Shown in pieces: positions 1 through 10,147 of a stretch of DNA of 64,000 nt. Position 1 is the stretch's first letter. The number at the start of each line of letters is the position of its first letter. Below the pieces are notes generated by a model. The model was not told the DNA's origin. It saw only the letters and a program-made list of their open reading frames with translations, and did not search any database. The translations under genes and the position numbers were made by a program. This stretch comes from Vulcanimicrobiota bacterium (GTDB taxonomy: Bacteria; Vulcanimicrobiota; Vulcanimicrobiia; Vulcanimicrobiales; Vulcanimicrobiaceae). The stretch lies in contig CAWHWQ010000001.1 of NCBI GenBank assembly GCA_963833095.1, forward strand, positions 448,001 to 512,000, written 5' to 3'.

Positions 1-363
1 TGACGAATCGGTTCGAATCTTCGGTCGAGAAACTCTTGGCGAGCTCGACCGCTTCGTTGATCGCCACTGCGCGCGGCGTTTCGGCCGATGGCGCAGTTCG
101 AACGCGCCCATCTGCAACACCAAGCGATCGATCGTGGGCAGGCGTTCGATCGTCCAGCCCTCCAGCAGCGGCGCCGACAAGAGGTCGGCCTCATCGGCAT
201 GGTCGAGCGTGCCGAAGACGAGATCTTTCACGAAGGCCCGGTACTCGGTGTCGCCGCCGTCGCCGACGATCTCGGTCAGCGCGTCGCCCGGCTCGCGGTG
301 CCCGACGGCGACCGCGTACAGCGCTTGCAGGGCCGGCTCGCGGCCTTGTCTACTTGTAGGCAT
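1..363 (-). CDS. nusB: Transcription antitermination factor NusB (3' end runs off window; one apparent indel near 90)
   Basis: Manual translation gives [18 protein letters not shown]...WTIERLPTIDRLVLQMGAFEL, then after a shift ETPRAVAINEAVELAKSFSTEDSNRFV. Confidence 0.85.
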   Translation of the reverse strand, partial: MPTSRQGREPALQALYAVAVGHREPGDALTEIVGDGGDTEYRAFVKDLVFGTLDHADEADLLSAPLLEGWTIERLPTIDRLVLQMGAFELRHRPKRRAQWRSTKRSSSPRVSRPKIRTDSS

Positions 364-1786
364 TAGTTTGCACTCGGGGGCCCCACGGGCTTTGCCTGTG
401 AGGGGCGCGCAGCCGAAGCGCCGTTTAAACTCTCGGGGGCCGCCGATTGCGCAAGCAATATGGGGAGGAAACCGATATCGTAGCGGCCCTCGCGGAACTG
501 CGGCGTCGCCAAGATGTCGAGACAATAGGCGATCGTCGTGTTTACGCCTTCGATGACGGTTTCGCGCAGCGCGCGTTCCATGCGCGCGATCGCGGCCTCG
601 CGCGTCGCGCCGAACGCGACGATCTTCGCGATCATCGAATCGTAGTACGGCGGGACGACGGCGCCCGAAAATACGTGCGTGTCGACGCGCACGCCGGGGC
701 CGCCCGGGAAGACGACCGCGTCAAGGTGCCGGCCTGCGGCGCGAAGTTGTTGTAGGGATCTTCTGCGTTGATGCGGCACTCGATCGCGTGGCCGCGCAGC
801 GCGAGATCGGCTTGAATGTAGCCCAGCGGCTCACCCGCCGCGATGCGGATCTGCTCTTTCACGAGATCGACGCCATAAACCATCTCGGTCACCGGATGCT
901 CGACTTGGATGCGCGTGTTCATCTCCATGAAGTAGACGTCATTGCCGCTCACCAGAAACTCGAGCGTGCCCGCGTTGGTGTAGTCGCACGTGCTTGCAGG
1001 CGCGCACCGCCATATCGAGCAGCGCGGCGCGCACGGAATCGGAAAGATGCGGCGCCGGCGATTCTTCGATCAGCTTTTGATGCGAGGGCTTCTGGACCGA
1101 ACAATCGCGCTCGCCGAGGTGCACGACGTTGCCGAACTCGTCGGCCGAGCACTTGGACCTCGATGTGGCGCGGATCGATGATCAGTTTTTCCATGTAAAC
1201 GCGGCCGTCTTTGAAGCTCGCTTCGGCTTCGGCCGTCGCGCTGGCGTAGGCGCGTTCCAGTCTCGTGGGCGTTCTCGACCACGCGCATGCCCTTGCCGCC
1301 GCCGCCGGCGGTCGCTTTGAGCAGGACCGGATAGCCGATCTCCCCGGCCTCGCGCAGCGCCTCGTCGACCGATTCGAGAATGTCGGTGCCCGGCGTCGTC
1401 GCGACACCGGCTTCGTGCATCACGCGCTTCGCCGTCGCCTTGTCGCCCATCGCCGCGATCACGTCGGGTCTCGGACCGATGAAGGTCAGCCCGTGATCGG
1501 CGCAGATCTCCGCGAAACCGCGCGTTCTCGGCCAGAAAGCCGTAGCCCGGATGGATCGCATCGCAGCCCGTGATCAGCGCCGTCGAAATGATATTCGGGA
1601 TGTTGAGGTAGGAGCGCGGACCGGGCCGGGCCCGACGCAGAACGCTTCGTCGGCTTGGCGCACGTGCAGCGACTCGCGATCGGCCTCGGAGAAAATCGCG
1701 ACCGTGCGCACGCCCAGCTCTTGGCATGCGCGGTTGATCCGCAGCGCGATCTCGCCGCGATTGGCGATGAGAACCTTCGTGAAAAT
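363..1786 (-). CDS. accC: Acetyl-CoA carboxylase biotin carboxylase, split by several indels; apparent ATT start
   Basis: Motifs [51 protein letters not shown] and [10 protein letters not shown] are spread over several frames. Confidence 0.9.
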
Positions 1787-1798
1787 GCTTTACGTCCT

Positions 1799-2220
1799 TT
1801 ATCCGCGATCGACTCGAAGAGTGCCGACCCATATTCGACGGGCTCGCCGTCGCCTCGTCTGATCGTCACGATGCGCCCCGAACCGTGACTGCGCACCGGG
1901 TTGCGGATGCCAAGCGCCTCGATGAAGGCGAGCTCTCGATCGCTCTCGAGCAGGTCGCCTTCCGACGGCGACGGCCGGCTCAAGTGGAAGATTCCCACGA
2001 GGTCCGCCTTGATAAGATCGGCACGGACCGGGTGCGCGTCGAGCGCTGTCAGGTCGTGCGGGATCTCCGGGACCAGGTCGGGATGGAGCGCGCGCCGCCC
2101 GAGCTCGATCTCTTCGCCATCGCGTTCGATCCGCAGCCGCAGGAGATCGGTCTCCGCCAACAGCTCGGCCAAGGCGCGGACGTGCCGGGCGGCCGGGGGG
2201 ATGGGGTACTCGTCGGGCAT
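1799..2220 (-). CDS. BCCP/AccB-like protein lacking the biotinylated lysine
   Basis: BCCP-type C-terminal domain ([14 protein letters not shown]...EALGIRNPV...[12 protein letters not shown]) directly upstream of accC; EAMK is replaced by EALG; indel in the last codons. Confidence 0.75.
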
Positions 2221-2297
2221 CGGCGCTACGCTTTCGCCCTCCCGGGCGATCCCTCCGGCTCTGGCGCAATTTCCGATTTAGGCCGATGATATAAGGG

Positions 2298-4092
2298 ATG
2301 GCGACACTGGTTCTGTATCCGCACGACCGACCTCGGTGAACTGCCCCTGCTCTTGGGAACGTGGGCGTTTCGGTCCATGCGGTGGATTTCAAACGGCTGC
2401 GCGAACGCGGCGGATTAAAAGCGCTCGGCGCTCCTCCGGCCAGCGCTATCATCGTGTTGCCCCGCAGCATTTCGCCCTCGCTTGGCTCGCCGACGAGCCC
2501 GAGGTCGTGGCAATCATCCACCCGCCGGTGACGGGCTCCTCGCTGCTCGCGGCGCTGCGGACCGCCGCCGAATCGAGACAGCGCGGACGCTTACGCGCAC
2601 TGCGCGAGAAGGCGGAGAGCTGCTCGGGATCGCGCGCTCGCTCTCGTCCGAGCGCGACCTCCCGACGCTGCAACGCTTGATCGTGCATAAGGCCCGCGAG
2701 TTGACCTTCGCGGATGCCGGCAGCTTGTTCGTGATCGAAGAGCGCGACGGTGAGAAGCGCTTGCGTTTTGCCGTCGCACAGACCGGTCCAAAGGACGACG
2801 GCGTTCTGATGGACGCGATGCTCCCGCTCGCAACGACGTCGATCGTCGGCTACGTCTCGGTGACGGGCAACGCCGTGCGCATCGAGGACGCCTACGCGAT
2901 CCCTGAGACGTCGCCCTATCAGTTCAATCGCGCGTTCGACGACACGAACAAGTATCGAACGAAATCCATCCTGTGCGTGCCGATGCGCAACCTGCCGGTG
3001 ACGATCGGCGCAATTCAGCTCATCAACAACAAGCCGAGTTTTGATATCGTGCTCGAATCGCCGGCGCATACCGAAGAGGTCGTCCGCCCCTATGATCCAC
3101 ACGACGAACGGCTGCTCACGGCGCTTGCTTCGCAAGCCGCCGTCGCTATGGAAAATGCGCGGCTCGTCGATGCGATTCAAAATTTGTTCGAACGATTCGT
3201 CCATGCCTCGGTCAAGGCGATCGAAGTACGCGACAAGTCGACGCAAGGCCACTCCGAACGAGTCGCTGCGCTCACCGTGGCGCAAGCCGAAGCGATCAAC
3301 ACGATCGAATCGGGCCCGCTCGCCGGTTTGCACTTTACGACCGAGCAAATCCGCGAAGTACGCTACGCTTCACTCTTGCACGACTTCGGCAAAGTCGCCG
3401 TGCCCGAATACATTTTTGCCAAGGCGAAAAAATTGCCCGACGGGCGGCTCGACACGATTCGTCTGCGCTTCTTGCTCGCGCTCGAACAGGCGCGTAACAA
3501 AGACGACAAAGAGTTGCTGCGCGAGTTGCTGGCCAAAGTCGAAGGTGCCAACGAACCAAACGTCGTAGGCGAGGCGGGCGACGAAACGCTCTTGCGCGCG
3601 ATGGAACGTCGCTATCGCGATACCGACGGTCCGCGCCCGCTGCTCGATCAAGCAGAATACAGCTATCTCACGATTCCGCGCGGTTCGCTCTCCGACGACG
3701 AGCGCAATCGTATGCAGGAGCACGTCACGCAGTCGTTTCTGTTCTTACGCGAGATCCCGTGGCAAGAAACGCCCTGGCGCGACGTCGCGGACTTGGCTTA
3801 CGGCCACCACGAGCATCTCGACGGCACCGGCTATCCGCGCAAGCTCAAAGGCGAGGCGATCAAGCCACAGGTGCGCATGATGACGATCAGCGACGTATTC
3901 GATGCGCTCACCGCATCGGACCGGCCCTACAAGAAAGGCATGTCGACCGAACGCGCGCTCGACATTTTATCCAAGGAATTTGCCCAACGCGGCAAGGTTG
4001 ATCCGTTACTGCTCGACGTCTTCATTCACAAACGCCTGTACGAAGTTACCAATCGCGAAGACAATAATCCACTGATAAAACACGTTTCGTAA
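2298..4092 (+). CDS. GAF + HD-GYP cyclic dinucleotide phosphodiesterase (5' part has indels; start approximate)
   Basis: GAF (YRTKSILCVPM...IGAIQLINNK) with intact LLHDFGK, HHEHLDGTGYP and DVFDALTASDRPYK. Confidence 0.85.
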
Positions 4093-4116
4093 TTTCATCG
4101 TCGGAGGGTGTCTACG

Positions 4117-5103
4117 ATGAACCCTGCGAAGTTCGCAGCAATTTCAATTGCTGCACTCCTTCTCGCAGCCTGTGGCGGGTCGCTCGCGCCTGCGCCCGCG
4201 CCAACCGTCGCGTTCGCCCCGCTCGCCTTGCCAACGCCGCAATTTTCGCCCGGCATCACACTGCCGACCGGCATCGTCGCGAACCTCATCACCGCAAGCA
4301 GCGTCGAGACCAGCGGCGCGACCGTCGGCGCACTCTCCAACAACGGCGTGTGGACCGCGATCACCTACCCATCGGCGACGTCGACTGCTGCCTACGGCCC
4401 TGCGGTAACCGCAACCGGGTATCGCGTGGTCGGCAGCTATAAGATGCCTGGAGCACCGTACGCGTTCGACAACGCATTCTACTACGACTCGGCGAGCAAC
4501 ACATTTACGACGATCGATCCGCCCCCAAGCTTTTGCGCGCCGAGCCTGTGCAACGAAGTGATCGCACACAGCAGCTACGGCACGACGCTCTTTGAAATTG
4601 TCGGGAACTGCGATGCGGTTAGCGGCGCCCCCCTGCCGCTAGCCTACTCGGTGACGGCAAATGCGTTTCTTTATACGCCGGCGACGAACACCTACGCGCT
4701 GATCAACATGCCAAATGCGATCAGCACGACCGCCTATGGTATATGGATCGATAGCGATACGGTGGTTGCCGGTGGGTTCACCGACACGAAGGGCACCCAC
4801 GGGTACGTGCGCGGACTGGTGAGCGGCAACGTCATCGCCTACGACTATCCCGGTGCCGGCATCACGCACTTCGAAGGCGTTACCGGCGCGGGCAGCACGG
4901 GTAACTACAATCTCGCCGGCAATTACAGCAGCGCCGCGCCGGGATCCACCGTCTATGGATTCTTTTTGCCCGTGCGCAATTGGACGTTCGGTTCGCCGAT
5001 CGTTCTCGGAGCGGTGAGCGCAAACTCCGTGTATCAGCAGACGGTCGTCGGCGTCATGCCGTCGGGAACGTCCTCGACCGGCTACGTCGCTACCGTTCCA
5101 TAA
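4117..5103 (+). CDS. Lipoprotein with repeated beta-rich units, unknown function
   Basis: Lipobox LLAAC, GGAGG SD, repeats YPSATSTAAYG / MPNAISTTAYG / YPGAGITHFEG. Confidence 0.7.
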   Translation: MNPAKFAAISIAALLLAACGGSLAPAPAPTVAFAPLALPTPQFSPGITLPTGIVANLITASSVETSGATVGALSNNGVWTAITYPSATSTAAYGPAVTATGYRVVGSYKMPGAPYAFDNAFYYDSASNTFTTIDPPPSFCAPSLCNEVIAHSSYGTTLFEIVGNCDAVSGAPLPLAYSVTANAFLYTPATNTYALINMPNAISTTAYGIWIDSDTVVAGGFTDTKGTHGYVRGLVSGNVIAYDYPGAGITHFEGVTGAGSTGNYNLAGNYSSAAPGSTVYGFFLPVRNWTFGSPIVLGAVSANSVYQQTVVGVMPSGTSSTGYVATVP

Positions 5104-5554
5104 CCGAAACACCGGCGAGCGCACCCTCACTGAGCGCATCGCGCATCGTTGCATACTGCGAAGCGATTTCCGCCAACGGTACCAGAGCGAAGGCCCGCTC
5201 GTGGAGACGGGGGTGCGGGATCACGAGATCGCCGTCATCGATCTCTTCGTCACCGAACACAAGGATGTCGAAGTCGATGCGCCGCGGCCCCCAGCGTTCG
5301 CCCTCCTCGGCGCGACCCAGCTCACTTTCGAGCCACTTGAGCGCATGGAGCAGCGGGCGTGGGCGCAGCTTCGTGTCGAGCGCGACGACCGCGTTGACGA
5401 ACTCAGGCTGGTCGGTTTTTCCCCACGGCGCCGTGCGATAGAGTGAAGAAACGGCGACCACCTCGCCGACCGCGCGCAGCGCGTCGATTGCGCTTCGAAC
5501 TTGGCCCGCCGGCTCGTCGAGATTCGAACCGACGCCGATGTATGCGCGAATCAC
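5090..5554 (-). CDS. folK: HPPK (6-hydroxymethyl-dihydropterin pyrophosphokinase)
   Basis: AYIGVGSNL, WGPRRIDFDIL, IPHPRLHERAF; GTGA overlap with folB. Confidence 0.95.
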   Translation of the reverse strand: MIRAYIGVGSNLDEPAGQVRSAIDALRAVGEVVAVSSLYRTAPWGKTDQPEFVNAVVALDTKLRPRPLLHALKWLESELGRAEEGERWGPRRIDFDILVFGDEEIDDGDLVIPHPRLHERAFALVPLAEIASQYATMRDALSEGALAGVSVMER

Positions 5555-5910
5555 GGCCAGGGTTCGCGCTGCCTTACCAAACGGACTGACGGCGTCGCGC
5601 CGCCTAGTAAACCAGGTTTGGCGATCGAGACATCCGCGCACGCGATGCGGTCGTCGGCGGCCACCTCATCCAGAATCACGGCTGCCAACCGTTCGAGAAG
5701 CGCGTACGAATGCGTCTGGACGATCTCTACGACGCGCCGGTAAACGTCAGCATAGTCAAGCGTATCCGCCAGATCGTCACTTGCCGCGGCGCGCGAAAGG
5801 TCGAGCTGCAACACGAGATCGATTCGCAACGTCTGGGGCTGCTCGCGCTCCTGTGCGTAGGCTCCGTGCCGTCCCTGCGCGATGATGTCGTGAAGAACTA
5901 TCCGATCCAT
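5551..5910 (-). CDS. folB: Dihydroneopterin aldolase
   Basis: GRHGAYAQER, SDDLADTLDYA, LLERLA. Confidence 0.93.
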   Translation of the reverse strand: MDRIVLHDIIAQGRHGAYAQEREQPQTLRIDLVLQLDLSRAAASDDLADTLDYADVYRRVVEIVQTHSYALLERLAAVILDEVAADDRIACADVSIAKPGLLGGATPSVRLVRQREPWP

Positions 5911-6725
5911 CCGGTCGGCCTCCAATCCCGCACGATCGCATCGGAAACGCTGATCACGTCGCGGTTTTGCGCCACGTCGTGCACGCGCACGACGTCGATA
6001 CCTGCCGCGATGCCCAGCGCGGTCGTCGCCGCCGTGCCGTAAATCCGCTCGTGCGCCTCACGACCGGTCAGTTTGCCGATCGTGGATTTTCGTGATGTGC
6101 CGAGCAGCGTCGGAAAACCGAGCTCGCAGATACGATCCAGGCTTCGCAGTAAGCGAATGTTGTGGTTGGGCGTCTTGCCGAATCCGATACCAGGGTCGAG
6201 CATTATCCGTTCGGGTCCGATGCCGCAGCGGAGCGCGCGCTCCGCGCAATCGCGTAGGAACGCGGTCACGGCATCGACCACGTCTTCGTCGTAGTGCGTT
6301 CCAGCCTGGTTGTGCATTACCGCGATCGGCATTTCGAGGTCAGCCGCGACCGCGAGCAGATCTTCGGGTGCCCCCCACACGGAATTGATCATGTCGGCAC
6401 CGGCCGCGTGCGCCGCGCGGGCAACGGCGGTCTTATACGTGTCGACGGAGATCACGGCATTGCGCAGACGCTCGCGCACACCCGCAATCACCGGCACCAC
6501 GCGCGCCAGTTCCGTCGCTTCGTCTACCGGCGCGTGACCGGGACGCGTCGATTCCCCGCCGATGTCAAGCATGTCCGCGCCCGCATTCCACTGGCGCACG
6601 GCATAGTCGATCGCCGCCTCTATTTGCGTGCGTCCGTCGCCGGAAAATGAATCCGGCGTCACATTGACGATCGCCATCAGGTACGTCCGTTCGCCCCACG
6701 CGAAGCTGCGCCCACGAAGGCGCAT
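5898..6725 (-). CDS. folP: Dihydropteroate synthase
   Basis: NVTPDSFSGDG, DIGGESTRPG, DPGIGFGK, GTSRKS, VRVHDV. Confidence 0.96.
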   Translation of the reverse strand: MRLRGRSFAWGERTYLMAIVNVTPDSFSGDGRTQIEAAIDYAVRQWNAGADMLDIGGESTRPGHAPVDEATELARVVPVIAGVRERLRNAVISVDTYKTAVARAAHAAGADMINSVWGAPEDLLAVAADLEMPIAVMHNQAGTHYDEDVVDAVTAFLRDCAERALRCGIGPERIMLDPGIGFGKTPNHNIRLLRSLDRICELGFPTLLGTSRKSTIGKLTGREAHERIYGTAATTALGIAAGIDVVRVHDVAQNRDVISVSDAIVRDWRPTGWIG

Positions 6726-8032
6726 CACGCCGCGACCAGCCACCATTCCCGCAATGCCGCAACTAAGAAGGTCGAACCCGTAACGACGATCACGTCGTTT
6801 GCCGCGGCGCTGCGCCGCGCGACCGAGAGCGCCTCGACGGCATCGCCCACGCAGCGGCCCCACGTTCCGATCGACTCGGCAATCCGCAACAGCCGCATGG
6901 GGTTGGTGGCTTCGCGACCAGCCGTGTCGAAAGTGGTAAAGACGAAATTTGCCGGAAGGCTCGCAAGCGTTCGCAAAATCTCGGCGGCATCTTTGCTCGC
7001 GCCAATTGCCACGACGAAGGTGAAGTGACGATCTTCGTAGCGTTCCCGCAACGAGCGGACGAGCTGCTCGGCCTTCTCCACGTTGTGCGCGATATCAAAG
7101 ACCAGCGTCGGATGTCCGGGATACACCTCCATGCGCCCAGGTATCAACAAATCGGCGAACGCGCCTTCGATCTGCGCGGCGCTCGGGCGGAGCGCCTCGG
7201 GCAACGTCTCCATCGTGGCGATGGCGGTTGCCGCGTTGCGTCGCTGAAATGATCCAAGCATCCGCGTCTCGATGGTATAGCGCGCATGCGGCGTTACGAC
7301 GTCGAAGTGCTGCGCCTCGCGCTCCATGCGTATGTTGTCGACGACAACGGCATCCTGGCGCGCATCGACCAGCGGCGCGCCGACCTGCCGCGCTTGATCG
7401 GCGATCACCTCGAAGGCCGCGGCATCCTCAACCGCCACGACCAGCGGCACGCCGGGCTTGGCGATGCCGGCCTTTTCGAGCGCAATCTCTTCGATGGAGT
7501 CGCCCAGAACGTCGGTATGGTCAAGCCCCACCGACGTAATCGCCGCCACCACCGGGACAAGAACGTTGGTGCCGTCGAGCCGGCCGCCGAGCCCCACCTC
7601 GACCACCGCAACGTCGACCTTCTCTTGCGCAAAGTAGAGCAGCGTGAGCGCGAGCAACGTTTCGTAATAGGTTGGACGCCCGTGCGCCTGCGCGGTTCGC
7701 TCGATCGCCGGCATCATCTCATCGAGTAACGCTGCGAAGCGCTCTTCGCTTACCGCGGCGTCGTCGATTCGCGCGCGTTCAGTCATCGAACGCAAGTGCG
7801 GCTTGGTATGCAAACCGGTGCGTTTCCCGCTGCGCGTGAGCGCTGCGGCAATCATCATCGACGTCGAACCCTTCCCGCTCGTTCCGCCAACATGCACCGT
7901 CGGATACCGGTCTTGCGGATCGCCGAGCTCGTGCATGAAGGCGCGCATGCGTTCGAGCCGGTACGGCATCCGCCGCGAAACCGTTTCGTTGATAGTGGCG
8001 AGCAGATACCCTTGGGCTGCTTCGAAATCCAT
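6725..8032 (-). CDS. folC: Folylpolyglutamate/dihydrofolate synthase
   Basis: HVGGTSGKGST, EVGLGGRLDGTNV, DIAHN. Confidence 0.95.
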   Translation of the reverse strand: MDFEAAQGYLLATINETVSRRMPYRLERMRAFMHELGDPQDRYPTVHVGGTSGKGSTSMMIAAALTRSGKRTGLHTKPHLRSMTERARIDDAAVSEERFAALLDEMMPAIERTAQAHGRPTYYETLLALTLLYFAQEKVDVAVVEVGLGGRLDGTNVLVPVVAAITSVGLDHTDVLGDSIEEIALEKAGIAKPGVPLVVAVEDAAAFEVIADQARQVGAPLVDARQDAVVVDNIRMEREAQHFDVVTPHARYTIETRMLGSFQRRNAATAIATMETLPEALRPSAAQIEGAFADLLIPGRMEVYPGHPTLVFDIAHNVEKAEQLVRSLRERYEDRHFTFVVAIGASKDAAEILRTLASLPANFVFTTFDTAGREATNPMRLLRIAESIGTWGRCVGDAVEALSVARRSAAANDVIVVTGSTFLVAALREWWLVAA

Positions 8033-8043
8033 GAAGGTGGCCT

Positions 8044-8526
8044 TCAGCCGTCCGTTACGCGGTCGGCGAGCAGTTCGAGCGCATGCGGCAAGACTGGCAA
8101 GATGACGCCGAGCGACTCGGCCACCGCTTTGGGGCTCCCCGGAAGGTTGACGATTAGCGTGCGATGGCGCACGCCCGCGATCGCCCGCGAGAGCATCGCC
8201 GTGCGCACGATCGGTATGCTCGCCGCGCGGATCGCCTCCGCGATCCCCGGCACTTCGAAGTCGAGAACTGCGGACGTGGCCTGCGGCGTGCGGTCGCGCG
8301 AGGAGAGTCCCGTGCCGCCGCTCGTGAGGATCAGCGCTGCTGCGCCGCTATCGGCAAGGTCGATTAGCTCTGCCTGCAGCGCACCGGGGTCGTCGGGCAA
8401 AATCAATGCGCGCACGATGTCGTAGCCCGCGCCGAGGTGATCTCGCATCACGGGTAGGCAGCCATCCTCGCGGCTTCCATCGGCCGCCCGGTCCGAAAGT
8501 ACGATGAGCGCGGTGCTAAAGGGCAC
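8044..8526 (-). CDS. mog: Molybdopterin adenylyltransferase (Mog/MoaB family)
   Basis: TSGGTGLSSRDRTPQAT, NLPGSPKAV. Confidence 0.88.
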   Translation of the reverse strand: MPFSTALIVLSDRAADGSREDGCLPVMRDHLGAGYDIVRALILPDDPGALQAELIDLADSGAAALILTSGGTGLSSRDRTPQATSAVLDFEVPGIAEAIRAASIPIVRTAMLSRAIAGVRHRTLIVNLPGSPKAVAESLGVILPVLPHALELLADRVTDG

Positions 8527-8977
8527 TCTTACCGCCGGTCTTCGAGAGCAAGCGCACGTTCTCGACCACGATGCCCTTATCAACGGCCTTCGTCATATCG
8601 TAGATCGTTAGCGCTGCGATGCTTGCGGCCACCATGGCCTCCATCTCAACGCCTGTCTGAGCGCTCGTGGTCGCCTCGGCCTCGATGCGCAGCACCTCGT
8701 CGTCCTGCCATGCGAAGCTCACGTCCACGCGCGCGAGCGGCAGCGGATGCGCAAGCGGTATCAAGGCGGCCGTCTGCTTTGCCGCCATGATGCCGGCAAC
8801 TTGCGCGGCAACGAATGCATCGCCCTTCGGCAGCGTCGCGTCGCGCAGCGCCCGGGCTGCCTGCGGACTCATCCGCACCAGCGCCTGCGCGCGCGCGGTG
8901 CGCGCCGTGACGGGTTTATTGGAAACATCCACCATGGAAATGCGGCCGTCGGCCAGGATATGTGAGGGTTTCTGCAC
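8516..8977 (-). CDS. moaC: Cyclic pyranopterin monophosphate synthase
   Basis: MVDVSNK, AGIMAAKQT, TGVEMEA, IYDMTKAVDK, KTGGKS. Confidence 0.95.
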   Translation of the reverse strand: MQKPSHILADGRISMVDVSNKPVTARTARAQALVRMSPQAARALRDATLPKGDAFVAAQVAGIMAAKQTAALIPLAHPLPLARVDVSFAWQDDEVLRIEAEATTSAQTGVEMEAMVAASIAALTIYDMTKAVDKGIVVENVRLLSKTGGKSAL

Positions 8978-9001
8978 GGCTTTATGTAAACGGCGTAGGG
9001 A

Positions 9002-10147
9002 ATGACGCTATTCCAGGACACCGGCGGCGATCCTCGGACGGCTCGCGCGTTTGTGGCCGACGTTCTTGCGTGGTTTGGCGCCGTAGGCGACGCCGCAATG
9101 GGCAATTCGCCCGGCTTTGCTGTCCAGAAAGCCTCGCTCGCCGTGGCTCTCGCGCAGACCGCGCAACTTCAGGAATCCGATTGGCACGCACTCTATTTCG
9201 CGGGTCTGCTCCACGCAATCGGCGCGATCGGCAATCCCGCTTATCGCAAGGGCGAAGAGCTTTCCGAACGGACCGCGCGGATGGAGAGCTGGGATGCTCC
9301 CGCGCAAGGCGCGCAGATCTGCGAAGCCGTCGGGTCGCTGCCGCCCGAAACAGCCGACATGGTGCGCTGGCAGCACGAGGCATGGGACGGAACCGGCTAT
9401 CCCGACCTCTTGCGCTGGACCGGGATCCCGCGCACGGCACAATTTCTCGGAATGGCAGACCGCTTTGTGCGCGCCCACGATCCCGAGGTGGCCCTGAGTC
9501 AGATCGGCCTCGAGAGCGGCCGCGCCTTCAATCCCGAAACGGTGCGAACGTTTTCCATGTGGTTCCACCTCAGCGGCGCAGAAATCGAATTGGTCGAGGC
9601 TCCGGTAGATTCACTGCGCGATGCCCCGCCCGACGCGCAGATCTTGCTCGAACGCTTCGCCGACCGCATCGACGCGCACAACGGCGTGCAAGGGCGCTGG
9701 CGTCGCATCGCGCAGATCTCTGAAGCGACCGCAGCGCAGCTCTCGCTCGCCGAGGCTGACGCGCGCGATTTGGCGATCGCATGCCGCATCTTCGGTGCCG
9801 GCGAGATCGGCGATAAGAACGTTGAAGACGAGGACTTTGATCCGCTCGCGCGTCTGGGCGTTGAACATCGCGCGAACAACGCGAGCGCCGCTGCGGCAAT
9901 TGCGCGCGCGTATCCGGCCTTACGGGGCGCTTCCCAGGTCGTCGCCGCGCGCGGCGAGTGGTTCGACGGCACGGGGAAGCCGCATGGACATGCTCGGGCG
10001 GGTCTTCCGATAGCGGCTGGTATTCTTGCGGCCGCCATCGCCTACGATCGTCTCGATCGCGGCGAGCGCATCGATACTGCGGCCGGGACGCAATTCGACC
10101 CCGCGGTGGTTCGTGCAATGATGGAGGCTGCGAAGCTGCGCGCATGA
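9002..10147 (+). CDS. Tandem HD-GYP-like protein with degenerate metal sites
   Basis: Domain 1 has LLHAIG (HD>HA) and QHEAWDGTGYP; domain 2 has RIFGAGEIG and RGEWFDGTGKP. Confidence 0.75.
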   Translation: MTLFQDTGGDPRTARAFVADVLAWFGAVGDAAMGNSPGFAVQKASLAVALAQTAQLQESDWHALYFAGLLHAIGAIGNPAYRKGEELSERTARMESWDAPAQGAQICEAVGSLPPETADMVRWQHEAWDGTGYPDLLRWTGIPRTAQFLGMADRFVRAHDPEVALSQIGLESGRAFNPETVRTFSMWFHLSGAEIELVEAPVDSLRDAPPDAQILLERFADRIDAHNGVQGRWRRIAQISEATAAQLSLAEADARDLAIACRIFGAGEIGDKNVEDEDFDPLARLGVEHRANNASAAAAIARAYPALRGASQVVAARGEWFDGTGKPHGHARAGLPIAAGILAAAIAYDRLDRGERIDTAAGTQFDPAVVRAMMEAAKLRA

